This document shows positions 1-14,970 of a stretch of DNA of 64,000 nt, in pieces. The notes beneath the pieces are model-generated. The model was not told the DNA's origin, searched no databases, and was given only the letters and a program-made list of their open reading frames with translations. The translations under genes were made by a program, and so were the position numbers. The first letter of the stretch is position 1. Each line of letters opens with the position of its first letter. The stretch is from the human T2T-CHM13v2.0 reference genome, Homo sapiens: NCBI RefSeq assembly GCF_009914755.1, contig NC_060928.1, one strand, 5' to 3'.

Positions 1-48
1 GTAGACTTTGATAAACTCACTTATTAATTCTAATAGTTTGTAGGGTCT

Positions 49-410
49 TGCCATGTTCTGAATGTGTCTCACAAAAATTCATACATTGAAACTTATCATC
101 AGTGTGATAGTATTAGGAGATGGGGTCTTTAAGAGGTGATGAAGTCATGAGGGCAAAGCCTTTATGAAGGGAGTTAGTGACCTTATAAGAGAAATATGAG
201 CTGCCTGCCTCTCTTTTGTCATTCCACTCCTTCTGCCATGTGAGGACATGGCATTCAAGGCACGTCTTAGAAGCAGAAACTGGACCCTTGCCAGATAGTG
301 CCTAGATCTTGGACTTCCCAGCCTCCAGAATGGTAAGAAAAAAATTTCTATTATATATAAGTTACCCAGTCTGTGTTATTTTGTTATAGCAACAGTAATG
401 AACTAAAACA
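49..410 (+). mobile_element. MaLR LTR (MST/MLT1A-like)
   Basis: Typical motifs ggacttcccagcctccagaa and ttttgttatagca...aactaaaaca at the 3' end. Confidence 0.75.
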
Positions 411-2390
<1,980 letters not shown>

Positions 2391-3159
2391 CTTTACTTCT
2401 TAGCCTCCTGCCCCACACAGCTTCAAAGTGTGACAAACGCCCTGAGGGGCAGACTGGTCATGTGTTTGTGGCGGGCCCCCTCCCTTTGTCTCCTACGTCC
2501 AGTGAGGGCATGGGAGCTGTCATTCTGCCTTTCCAGCTGGGCTCGCCAGCCTCCCCCTTCACTCCAGGACTCAGGAGGATCTCCTGTGCAGCAAGCTGGC
2601 CTAGGTGGGGCTCCTCTGGTTTCCATTGTTTCATGCCCACTCTGAGATGGCAGAAAAGTCCTACTCATCTCTCTGAGGACATCCAATCCTCAGCCCGCAC
2701 CCAGAATCCACAAATGCCCCAAGGGAAGAAAGCAGCTGGCAATTAGGCCGCCCAGGCAGGGCTCTTTCCCCTTCCCTTTGGCATTTTAGTTCATCCACAC
2801 TCCACAGCTTCCACAGATCTCCAGTATCTTTCAAAACAGGACTATTTGCAATTTATATTTTTCCCTTGCTGTTGCAGCCAGTTGGCCGGCCTGCCCTGAC
2901 CTGTGGCATCTTACCTGGAGATGGAAGTCTGCTCATGGTTGTTGAAGTAAATGAATCAATAAATGCCCGACACTTAGATATGCTATCACGAGGCATTTGC
3001 AACAACCCTCGCTAGTCTCCATTAAGCTCCTTTGACAAATGGGGAACTGTTCTTTGAGCGGATTACCTGCAGCCCCAAAGCCTCCTTACCACACCTAAGA
3101 CGGGAGGGAGGTTGCTGGGGCCCCAGTGCTTTGAACAATGCCTGGAGCACAGCAGGTCC

Positions 3160-3760
3160 TCGGAGCTCCGCATTTCCCCCATGCGTGCAGGGAGGGAAGG
3201 CCGCGTGCCCGCGGGCGGGGGAGGGGGCGGCACGTACCAGCCTGCGGATGTCGCGCTCGCACTCGCGCTTGATGCGGTGCACCTCGTCTTGGTGCGCCTG
3301 GTAGGCGGCACGCAGGTCGGCTGCCTTGGTCTTGTCAGCCTGCATGCAGTTACTGAGCGCCTCCTCTGCCTGCTTGCGCGCTGCCTTGAGCTCCAGGATC
3401 TCCTGCTGCAGCCGCAGGCGCTCTCCATCGAAGGCCCTGCGCGCCTCCTCGCGCGCCTCGGTCAGCAGCGCCGTCTTGACCTTGTCGGCCGCGCCGTCGC
3501 GCAGCACGTTCAGCGTGGCCTGCAGCCGCTGCAGCTCGCCCTCCTTGATCTTGGCGGTGCGCGCCGCCTCCTGCTCGTGCTGCCGGATGAGCCCCTCGCG
3601 CAGCGCCTGCAGCTCCTTGGTCTTCTCCTCATGCAGCTTGGCCTTGAGCTCCGAAATGTAGGCCGTGTGCCGTCGCTGCTCCTGCTCGCGCTCCAGCTTC
3701 GCCTCCTGCAGCCGCTCGCGCAGTTTGCCCACCTGCAGCCAGAGCGGCGAGAGAGCCGGT
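3160..3760. promoter_or_regulatory. Intragenic CpG island over the coding exon
   Basis: Very high GC content and many CpGs (cgcgc, gcgcgcc) compared with the CpG-depleted flanks. Confidence 0.75.
3238..3732 (-). CDS. JAKMIP1: JAKMIP1 second coding exon (495 nt, 165 codons, VGKLRERLQEAK...ECERDIRRL), coiled-coil region
   Basis: Acceptor ctgcag|GTGGGC at 3733/3732 and donor CTG|gtacgt at 3238/3237, both phase 0. The E/K/R/L/A heptad-rich translation is recognised as JAKMIP1. Confidence 0.95.
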
Positions 3761-3798
3761 CAGGGTCAGGGTCAGGGTCAGGGTCAGGGTCAGGGTCA
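3757..3798. repeat. (GGGTCA)n hexamer array, 6 perfect units plus 1 variant
   Basis: cggtca followed by (gggtca)6, read directly. Confidence 0.95.
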
Positions 3799-4285
3799 CA
3801 GCTGGGGGAGCTGGCCACAGCCTCCCCACGCCCAAGACACCCACCTGGGCCCACGTTCCCATGGATTCCCCCTTCGGCAGTGCCCTGCAGGCCTGACCCT
3901 CCTGCCAGCCCCACTTAGAATCTCTCCTGCTAGTTCCCTGAGACTTTCCCTGGGGGTGGAAACCCCCTGAGGATGCTGGAGAGGCATTCAAGCCTTTGAC
4001 ATCTCTTCCAGGTTGTAAATTGAGACGACTGCTCAATCACAAAACACACCCTGCAGAAATCATCACCAAGACCCAAAAGATTGTAAACCAGAAATATATT
4101 TCCAGGGCCCCATGCGCGGACTGTGGAGTTGGAAAAGACAGACCAGGCTTCTAAGTCCTGGGGGGCAGTGAGCAGGGGGCACCATTCTTGTTGAGTGGGG
4201 TCCCTAGCTGGGCTGGGGGCTCCAATGCATCACCCACATTGCCACATGAACCCCTCACGGTCTTGGGAAGGAAGTAGCGTGCTCC

Positions 4286-4339
4286 CTCTCTTTCTCCCTC
4301 TCTCCTCTCTCTCTCTCTCTCTTCCTCTCTCTCTCCTCT
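4286..4339. repeat. CT-rich microsatellite
   Basis: Imperfect (CT)n run. Confidence 0.8.
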
Positions 4340-5141
4340 GTTTTATCATGAGGCAGCCAAAGATCAGAGACAGTCTGGTGAGCTGCCCAGGGTGAGGGAT
4401 GAGGACCCTGTGCTACCAGGCAACCCACCCCGCCTTGAGCCTATTCATTTTATCAGCAAACAATTCAAAACATTACTTATAAAACGTCCCAAGGGAGTGT
4501 GTTCTTAAAACACTTCAAAATGCTTTCTTTAACCTTTTTGTTTCAAATATCACTCAACACACATTCCACAGGAACGCCTGACAAGCCCTTATTTCCTGAA
4601 TTCTGCCCGTCTCTGAAGACCTGAAATGAATTGCCTCTGGTGGACAAGCTGCTTCCAGGGAAAATGGCAATGTTTTTCCCCAGACCACACTGTTGATAGC
4701 ATAGTCACATGTTAAAATTAATTTTAGGTGAGAAGTTTTACAATGGCACCTGAGTATTGATAAATCCTTACTTAAAACAGCAGGTAAAAAAGCAAATAAA
4801 ACCAACCCAGGCAAACACACAAGATCAACATCTCCTTTCACCAGATACTCACAATCATAGGAATGAAGCCAGGCGACCAGTCCATGTTCTGTCCACCTTA
4901 CCCTGGGGGCAGCAATCAGCATCTTTTCCTAGTGGATTTAGCAGCAGGAAGCCAGAACTTTAAGTATTTAACAGAATTGTCCCAGTTATGGACAAAATGG
5001 TTTTGACTGTTCTCCCTCCTGCGAGGCAACAGTCAAGTCCCTGGTTAATGCCGACAGCCATCTGGGGCCAGCAGGGTCAGATCCAATGAGATCCTAATCT
5101 GCTTTGATGAGCTGCGTTTCCCCAGGCAAATTTCTCTGCCT

Positions 5142-5581
5142 CTATGGTGGCTGATGTTGTGGGTCGACTTGGCTGGGCCACAATGCCCAGTCGTTTGGTC
5201 AAACACCAGTCCAGATGTGGCTGTGAAGGTACATTTTATAAGAGATTAACATTTACATCAGTAGACTCTGGGTGAAGCACGGTGCCTTCCACAATGTAGG
5301 TGGGCCTCATCCAATCAGTCGAAGGCTTTAAGAGAAGACCAAGGTCCCCTGCGGAAGAAGGAACTCTGCCTCCCGGCTGCACTGGGACTCGAAGCTGCAA
5401 GATCAACCCTTGCCTGAATCTCCAGCCTGCTGGTCTGCCCTACACATTTCAGATTTGCCAGCCCCACAACCGCATAAGCCGATTCCTTAAAACTAACGAA
5501 CAACCTCTCACTCTGTGGGGGGTGTGTGTGTGTGTGTCACAACCTATTGGTTCTGTTTCTTTGAAGAACCCTGACTACACA
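5142..5581 (+). mobile_element. MLT2-type (ERVL) LTR
   Basis: gggtcgacttggctgggccac, gtgggcctcatccaatcagtcgaaggc, and end cctattggttctgtttctttgaagaaccctgactacaca. Confidence 0.75.
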
Positions 5582-6469
5582 ACCTTCCAGAGCTCCAGTT
5601 TCCTCTACTAGGAAACAGGGATGGCAACAGCTGCCCCTCAAAGGCCCGTTGGGAGGAGGAAGATGAGGTGACTGTGGGTGGGTGAATGGAAGTCTGTTGT
5701 TATCGTGGTTCTGACTTTCTGCATCAGGGGTGGGCAGCCTCGTGTGAGAGACACAGGTAGAAAGGGGGTGAGGAACATGGAAGGGTGGGCAGAGGCCTGT
5801 GCAGGGCAGCCCGGGGCGTCTAGGGGCTGCTTCCTGGGAGGGGCAGAGGTGCTGCTGAGGCTGGTGATCCAGGTGTGTAGGGCAGGGATGGTGACAGAGA
5901 GGCAGGGGCCTGGGGACAGGGCCCTGCTGGGTCCCTCCAGCTCTGCCCAAAGCTGCTGAGAGCCAAGCCCAGGTGACATGACCTATGCCACAGAAGCAGC
6001 AGAGTGAGGCTGGGGTGACCTCTGATGGGCACAGAGCACTCCCTCCCACCACCACTCCATCCAGCTGAGCAGGCCAAAAAAAGCCGCCCAGCACTTTACC
6101 TCCAGGTGCCTCCAAGCTACCCCAAGTGTAGAGGCACCTACACCAGCCGCTCCTCAGCACTTGGACTCTAAATGCAGCCACGGCACAAAGGCCAAGAGAG
6201 GGAGCATGCCCTGGGGGTGTGGGGGCTGGCGTGGAGAAATTATCTGAACCACCAGCACCACCCTCACTTGCCACTCCCACTCAGAGAGTGAGTCAGATTC
6301 ACCCCTTTCCATCCTCATCCTCATCCAATCCAGCAGCACTGGCTCTCCATGTCCAGGCCTGGCCACTTCCCCACTTCCCCCTTGCCCAAGCCACCTGCAG
6401 CAGCCCTCCCCGCCACACCCTCCATGCTCAAAGCCCTCTAAATCTCATGGGTACCAGTTCACTACTCTG

Positions 6470-7240
<771 letters not shown>

Positions 7241-7864
7241 CCCCCACAAAACTGCCCCTGTGAAGCCTTGGGTTCTGCTTGTCCCTGCACTATTTTCTAA
7301 AACCTCTGATGGAATGTGCCCAGGGCTGCTGTATTGCTGGTTTCCTGTGAGGCTCTGTACCCATGCGACTTGAGGACAGGGTCTGTCTCTGAGTTACTTC
7401 CAAACACTTCTCACTCAGCCCAGGCATGGAGCATGCATGCCAGGGGTTTGCAGATGAATAGACAGACACGTTTACCACCCTCCTTCATCCTACAGTGTTC
7501 AACAGGGATGCTTTGCTAAAATGCCAGCACTTTAAATGGGACATTGACAGTGATTGTGAGATCATATCAAAGTAACACTTCAATGCAATTGTAAAGTTTG
7601 CATTTATGTTTTTTGTACCAGTCAATAAGCACATTACTGAATTCTCAGAGAATTGAAATTCTCCCAGCAGCCAGATGGGTAAAGTCAACCTGAAGCGGCC
7701 ACATGGATGGCTGGATTGAGAAAATAATCAGCCAGCGTGCATCCAAGTGGAAATTGCCACACGTCCCAGAGGCAGGGAGGCAGCCTGGTAACAGGGAGGC
7801 CCAGCCTGGGGTCCGCATGGGCCTGGCTTTCAATCCTGCAATACCACCTACTGTGCTGGCCTCG

Positions 7865-8231
7865 TGTGTGGGGCTAAACTGTGTCCCCCTGAAAATCATA
7901 TGTTGAAGTCCTAACCCCCATGACCTCAGGATGTGATTCCATTTGGAGATACATCCTAATGAGGTCATTAGGGTGGGCCCTAATCCGATTTGCCTGGTGT
8001 CTTTGTAAGAACAGAAAATACAGACATGGACAAACACAGAGGAGAAAGCCATGTGAAGACACAGGGAGAAGGCGGCCGTCTGCAAGCCAAGGAGAGAGGC
8101 TTCAGAAGGAGCCAATCCTGACACCTGGATCTGTGGCTGCCAGCCTCCAGGACTGTGAGACAGCAATCGTCTGTTGCGTAAGCCGCCCTATCTGTGGGAC
8201 TTGGTTACTGCAGCCCTGGCAAGCTAACACA
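7865..8231 (+). mobile_element. MLT1-type MaLR LTR
   Basis: atgttgaagtcctaacccc, ggtgggccctaatcc, and end gcagccctggcaagctaacaca. Confidence 0.8.
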
Positions 8232-9676
8232 CCTGGGCAAGTCCCCGCCCTCTCCAGCCCTTGGCTTGCTCACCTGTAACACGGGGGAAGCCACACCTGA
8301 TCTCTCAGGTCACTGCCAGGGTCATGACACCCTCTAAAGCACCTGGTGCTATCTGCACAGTAGGCATGTAAAGGTCACCCTGATGGTCATGTGAGCGTAT
8401 GACAGGCAGCACCCAGGCCCTGTGTGTGACTGTCTCATTCATTCCTCAAACAACCCAGGAGGCAGACACCTTAGAGGTCCCCATCTACAGATGGGAAAAC
8501 TGAGACAGGGGGTTACACAGCTTATAAGACCTCAGGCAGGGGTGGTGGTGGAGAGGGGATTTGAGCCCAGGCAGTGTGATGTGAGTGAGCAGCTTTCCCT
8601 GTCACCACAGCTGCTGTAGCTATGTCCAGATACAAGCTGCCAGCCCTTACACCCCCAGCCAGTCAGCCCCAGCCCCAGCCCCGGAGGTGACCTGGCCTGT
8701 TGACCTGGCTAAAGGGTGAACAGGTCAGCATCACCAGCATCCATGTCTAAAAGAGGCTGGATGCACTCGGCCTGGAATCTTGAACACCTAGGGATGGAGA
8801 CAGGTGCATCTGTCCCCAAGTTCCAGAAGCCCAGTCCCCTGGTCCAGAACTCAGCCTCTGCTCTGTGTGGCCATCCTGAGCTGGGGTTGCAGCCAGATCC
8901 CAGGCCCCAGCCCCGTCCCCACCTGGAAGCTGGATCTGGCCCAGCACTCCATTGGCGACCTGAGTCCCAGCTCAACAAGACAGGGACGCCTGCTGCAATT
9001 CCCCAAGCAGCCTCCACCCGTCACTCCAGGTACTACAGCAGGAGCCAGAGGGCACCTTCGGGGCTTCAGATAGACCTTCAACTGCTCGAGCCACCCAGGA
9101 GCAAGCCTGCATCTCCATGCTCTTTCTGTGCTCAGCCTGGCTGGCAGCTCCTCTCTGGGCTCACAGAACCCTGGGCTTGCTCTACCCTCAAGCCCACCCA
9201 AGTCAGAAGCAGGCCACCAAATAGGACTGCAGCTGTGCCTGGGCACCAGATGTTGATGGGGCTTTTTATTGCATCCATTAATCAGATCCTCATGACCATC
9301 TTAAACCGGACAGCTATAATTACACCATAATAGCTGGTGTCAGATGAGAAGACAGAGGTTTCGGAGACTTTTAGTCACCTGGCCAAGATCATGAGACCAG
9401 TTAGCGGACAAGCTGAGGTTTGAAACCGGGTCTGCCTAGAAAGCCTGTGCTCCTCCCCTCTGTGACAGCCCGTGCTTTAATTAGACTGCCAGCACCCAAC
9501 CAGGCACTGTCCTGACCAGCTCCAAAGCTCAAATCTGCCTTAGGAGAGAGGAAAGTAGCTCATATCGCAGAACCAGGCTCTGTTCCAAGCTCTTTACCTA
9601 GCAGAGCCCTGAGTCCAGACCACAGCCCCATCACATCTAAGAAAGCACATATATGGCTTACAAGACCTCATGGCAG

Positions 9677-9850
9677 CATAAACCAAAAATAAACTTTGAA
9701 GCCTCCTGACCATCTGAACGGATCCCTCCTCTCCACCAAGGGTCTTCCAAAGTTAACCTGAAAAGCTAGTTCAGGCCATGATGGGAAGCGGGGAAGTGGG
9801 ACATACCTCACTATGCCCTACTCCCTTTTGGAATTTAGGAAAAGCTGGTA
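9677..9850 (+). mobile_element. MER4-family (MER4D/E-like) ERV1 LTR, 5' fragment
   Basis: taaaccaaaaataaa...ccaaagttaacctgaaaagctagttcaggccatgatgggaag resembles the MER4 group consensus. Confidence 0.65.
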
Positions 9851-9861
9851 CCGCCATGACC

Positions 9862-10226
9862 CTGCTGAATTCAGCCTGAGGATGCCTTCATGCATGAGTT
9901 CCTATACGATGAACTGCAACCTAACTTAGCAGGCAAACTAACCAAAAGCCTGACTTAGGAGCATTTTTAAACAAATAGCCGAAGCTCAGCCAATCACAGC
10001 AGCTGAGCATCAGTAAATCACAGGTGACCCATGGATCAAGGGTCAAGCTGTAACTGATCAAGTAGCCTCAGCACCTCTTCTGTTTTCTGTCCCCATAATG
10101 AATGCTGTCTGACCACATGCAGGTTTCTCTGAACCTGTTCTGTTCTGGGGACTGCCCCATCCTCGAATCGTTCTTTGCTCAGTTAATCTCTGCTAAACTG
10201 AATTTGTCAAACATTTTTCTTCTGAC
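9862..10226 (+). mobile_element. ERV1-type LTR (MER57/MER34-like)
   Basis: cctaacttag, cagccaatcacagcagc, and end gaatcgttctttgctcagttaa...ttttcttctgaca. Confidence 0.55.
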
Positions 10227-10486
10227 AACCCCCATCTTGCAGGTAAGAGAAATCAAAGAATGAGGTGTTCAGTGGCTTTTTGAAGGTCACAGCAAGCACT
10301 GGTAGGGCCCAGACTCCTGCCCAGCAGTCTCTGTACTGCAAAGGGACAGACAGCAGGGCAGAGAGGTGAAGTGCCCCCCCTCGGCCCCCCTCCTGGAACA
10401 GGCTCTTCACACACATGCCTCAGAGGCAACACTGCCCAAAGGGACATTTGCAGCCCAGCCGCTGCTGAGCTGACGCCAACCCCCAC

Positions 10487-10615
10487 CTTGCTTTTTTCCT
10501 GCTGGAACTCGATCTGAATGCTGGTCAGCTTGGCCCGCAGCTCCTCGTTGGCCATCTGCACCGCGTCCGTCTCCATCTCGGGCTTCTCGCCCTTGCTCCG
10601 GCCTTTCTTCGACAT
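10487..10615 (-). CDS. JAKMIP1: JAKMIP1 first coding exon, coding part (43 codons, MSKKGRSKGEKPEMETDAVQMANEELRAKLTSIQIEFQQEKSK)
   Basis: Translation is recognised as the JAKMIP1/Marlin-1 N-terminus. ATG at 10615-10613 in context GGAAGCATGT. Phase-0 donor AAG|gtgggg at 10487/10486 joins in frame to the exon at 3732. Confidence 0.95.
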
Positions 10616-10762
10616 GCTTCCCCTTGGGTCAGAGTGCTGAGATCCTGCGGTCCACACCTGTTCACGCACGCCAGCCAGCAGGCGTGGCTACCAGCTCCAC
10701 CGTGCTAACCAGTCGCGCAGGACTCAGCTCGCCCTCCGAGGAAACCACCATCACTTGGGATC
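10616..10762 (-). other. JAKMIP1: 5'UTR portion (147 nt) of the JAKMIP1 first coding exon
   Basis: Strong acceptor tttccctccttccttcag|GATCCC at 10763/10762. No upstream promoter or first exon is recognisable in the window. Confidence 0.85.
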
Positions 10763-12891
10763 CTGAAGGAAGGAGGGAAACTGAGTTAGCAGAGACAGAA
10801 GGGTGGGGAGCTGGTGTCCCTGCCTCGGGCACCCTGGGCCAGGCACCTGCCTCATCTGGAGCATGACCTGCCACTCCCAGACTGACCTAGAGCCTTCCCG
10901 ATGGGGGCTGCAGCAGAATCGCTTGGAGGTTGTTAAGGCGTGGAGTCCTGGGCCCACCCCTAGAGAATCTGATTTGCATTTCTAACATGCTCCTAGGTGA
11001 GGCTCCCAGGTGACCACACCTGGAATAGCTTCAGTCCATCCTGCTCCCATCAGGATGAGACCAGCCCATCTCAGCAGCCTGCAGACCATGGTCTGCCAAC
11101 ATCAGTGAGCCTGTGTCTCCCAAGGTGCTTCTTCCAAAAAGCAGGGCCCTGGGCCTCATCCAGAGCTTGAAGCATGAGGAGCATGGTGGTCCAGGGAATC
11201 TGCATTTCCATCCACAATCCCAGCAATTCTGGAGCAGGGCGTGAGGACCACACTTAGAGAAATGGACTTTTCGATTTCAGAGGTTAGTGGTTTCCTTCCC
11301 TACTAGGTAGGTGATATCACCCAGTGTTACAGATGAGGAAACTGAGACACACAGAGGTTGACTGCTGGTGATGTCACTCAACTACTGAGAGAGGAAATAG
11401 TATGAACCTGATCAAGGTCCACAGCTGGAAGTGGGTGAGCCAGGACTGAGCCTAATCACCGCCCCAAGCTGCCTCGGAAAGCCCGCCTCTGCTCTCCCTT
11501 CCCTTCACCACGTCTCCTTCTCGTTTTCCATCTGACAAACTGTAATTGACTTAGTTCTCATCTATGTCCCCTACACGAGGATGGGTTCCCAGTAAGCAGG
11601 GCCTGGGCCTGCTCTGCGCCTGCTGTGTCCTCCATGCCTAGAACAGAGGGCAGCACGTAAGGATGCATTCCATCAGGATCCGCCAGGTGCGTGAATGAAT
11701 GAGTGAGTGAGTGACAGCAGAAGAGTCATGAGGCACCCATCATGTGCCAGGGCCTGTGACGGGAGCTGGGAATCCTGTCCTATCATCTTTGGAACACCTG
11801 GTGAGAGAGGATTTTACTAGGCCCATTTTAGAGATGAGGAAATGAAAGCACAGAGAGGTGAAGTCAGCTACCTAAATCCACACAGTCAGTGAGTCGTGGC
11901 GTTGGGATTAGATTATGTAGGGAATGAATGCAGAGCGAGGAGGGAACACTCCAGTGTCAAGGAATGCTAACTTGGGAGGTTGGGCAGATGAGACAAAATT
12001 GGCAAGGAAGGCCATGAACAGGACAGAAGGAGAGAAAGCACCAGGGAGGCTACAGAAGATGGTGTGTCTAGAAGAAGGAAGACTCCAACAGCGGGCAGCC
12101 CCAAAGAGGTCAAGGTGAGGACCTGAAGCTGGACATTGGATTTGGCCTCCTGGAGTCCATGTGACCTCAGCCTATGGACAGGAGATGCAGAAAGTACAGG
12201 ACAGGGGTGCCCAGGGATGGTCTGGGGTGGGGTCTCCACAACACCAGTGCATCCAGCAAGTTGCAGATGCTCGGTGGCCATGAACTGAAGTCAGGCGGGA
12301 CCTGCTAGCCCTGGGGCCCTGGGACATCCCTCCAAGCTACAAAATCTGGGAGGCAGTGATGGAGGTCAGCTGCTTTCCTCCTGAACAGGAGAGAGGGGTG
12401 TTTCTTAACACACCATGAAGGATTATTCTGGGCTAATCAACATCACCGCTGATCGATTCCAGAAAGGTACATTCTGTCTTCAGACAAGTATGAACTCCAT
12501 TCGCCTTGATCTGACTTAGAGCTTGATACATAATTCATTCCTCACCTCGGCTGACCTGCCGCTTTTATAACCACAGCAGTTCTCAGAAATCAGCCTTCGA
12601 GTCTGAAGTGCACCTCCCCATGCCCTGATGGGCAGGAAGACACAGAAAATACAACACCAAAAAAGGAAGCTTGCTCCTTTTTATTCCTTTCTGTGGCCAC
12701 TTCTAGGAATGTGCTTTAAGGAAATACCAGAGATACGGTCTCTGACAGAAACACTTGGATGTTCATCCCAACAACACAAGGCTCAGCCAGAAGGGATAGA
12801 TTAAGTAAATGATGTCTAAGCCCCGACAGAAAAGTCCACATGGGGAAAAGGTCAGTACCACAAAGAGTGAAAAAGGTGAAATAAAAAAACA

Positions 12892-13226
<335 letters not shown>

Positions 13227-14293
13227 CTATATATATATTTGCTCATTATTTTCACTCAGTCACAAATATGTGTTGAGCACCTGCAAGGTGCCAGCCCTGC
13301 ACCCTGGGGATACGGTGGAAAGGACATAGCAGCCACGCCCCCAGGATACTGACAGGGACCACCTGGGGGATGCAATTATAGGTGATATCTATTCTCTTCT
13401 TTAGACTCTTCTAGGTAAGTACAATGTTCTACTTCAATGACTGCTTTTAAGAGGAAACAGTGCAGTTTTTTCGTTTTGTTTTGTTTTTTAAGAAAGGCAA
13501 GAAAAATATCTGCAATTAGCCAGGAAGGACACCACTAAAAAGCTGAAGAGAAAGCAAAAGGACCACATCCACAGGAGCAGCCCACCGGCCTCGCAGGCAG
13601 GATGGGGCGGCTGCAGGTCTGCCAACTCTTTGGGCTGCCGGTGGGGGAAAGGGCTGCCCTGCCCTGTATGTCAAGTGTCAGCTCCTCGGGGTCAGAACCT
13701 TAGCTCCCACCTTTGTGCACCCTACCCCGTGCCCAGCCCAAAGTCCAAGCTCGATCCGATTCCAGGGTGAATAAATCTCCATGGGCTGATACCAAGCCTG
13801 GTACTCTCAACACCCCATGCCAGACACTGCCAGGCTGGGCCACAGTGAGTGTGGAGACGAATGGAGTGCAGGAGGGGAAGATGTCCAAAGTTCTGGGCCA
13901 AGTCAATCTCGGAGCTCAGGGTGGGCCCCAGCAGCCGGCCTCTGTGCCATGGACACACTGTTGATAGTCCCGACGCTCACAGCACCACACAGCATCACTG
14001 TAATCAGCCCCTCTGGCTGCGGGCTGCGCAAAGGTCTTGTCAGCAGGAGCAACAGCAGGGAACTCTCCTGCCTGAGCTTAGCTTGGTGTCTGCTGCGCCC
14101 GGGGATTTTCGTTCTGAGCCCACTGCCCACCAAGCAGGAGATGGCACAGCCCACTGTCGAGGAAGGAGCACAGCACTGGCTCAGCGCCGCAGGCTGGAGG
14201 ATGACTGCTCAGGACACACAGGAGGCGGAGTCCTCAGAGAAGGCTCCTTCCTGAAGGCACGGGGACCTTGGACCTGCTGACCCTGGACCTTGT

Positions 14294-14457
14294 CTGGCAT
14301 ATAGGCCAAGGTTGGCAAATATTCATCTCCCGCAAACCAGTCCTGTTGGCCCCAGAACTGAAATATCTCTGCAGCCCACCCATCTCTGACATCACATGTC
14401 CCCTGTCCCAGCCTCCAAGTCGTTTGTCTGTGCCTTGGCAGTGCCGGTGCCCTTTAA
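14294..14457 (+). repeat. Left arm of a 164-bp inverted duplication (partner 16146-16309)
   Basis: Manual ungapped alignment gives about 20 mismatches in 164 bp. Confidence 0.9.
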
Positions 14458-14708
14458 CTGCCTACAGGAAATTAATATACCGGGCATGCAGGAGGACCAG
14501 ACAAGGTCCCAGCCATCACAGAACGGTCTAGTCAGGAACACCACTATGGAAATGAATACATAAAACAATGATGGCTTGTGGTAGGTGCTGGAAAGAACAA
14601 GTCTACAGGGCACTGTGATACACAGCTATCAAATATCACCTGTCACGGGCAGGCGGTGGGGAGGGCAAACTGCCAGACCACGTGGGGGTTCTACACCAAG
14701 CACAGAGT

Positions 14709-14880
14709 CAAGACCAGCTATGTATTTGCAGCCCAGTGCAAAATGAAAACGTGAGGCTCCTTGTTCAAAATTATTAAGACTTGCATGACGGCAACAGCAG
14801 AGCATTAAGCCAAGAGCCAGGCCCTCTGAGTGTAGGCCCTGCAGGACAGCACAGCTCGTGTGCCCGTGAAGCTGGCCCAG
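14709..14880 (-). mobile_element. hAT-type MITE (MER45A-like)
   Basis: cccagtgcaaaatgaaaa...cttgttcaaaattattaaga...gcagagcattaa...tgcccgtgaagctggccc. Confidence 0.6.
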
Positions 14881-14970
14881 GACAGAGTTCAAGCCCTGCT
14901 CTGAGCATGCTGGGAAGCCATTAGCAGGGTGTGACTCGGATTTCCATTTCACTGAAGTGCAGATGGTAAT

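Noticed and set aside
2909-2920. Consensus-like donor CAG|gtaaga on the minus strand, about 320 nt past the exon donor
   Set aside because: Its use would include an in-frame stop at 3022-3024. Isolated donor-like motifs are common and there is no supporting evidence.
3022-3237. Extension of the JAKMIP1 ORF past the exon (VRAAPSPARG...KGA)
   Set aside because: Intron read-through beyond the CTG|gtacgt donor. The composition changes abruptly.
3032-4036. Overlapping plus-strand and alternative-frame ORFs (268, 134, 135 aa) with GSGSGS/DPDPDP/LTLTLT runs
   Set aside because: Shadow ORFs of a GC-rich exon plus the hexamer repeat.
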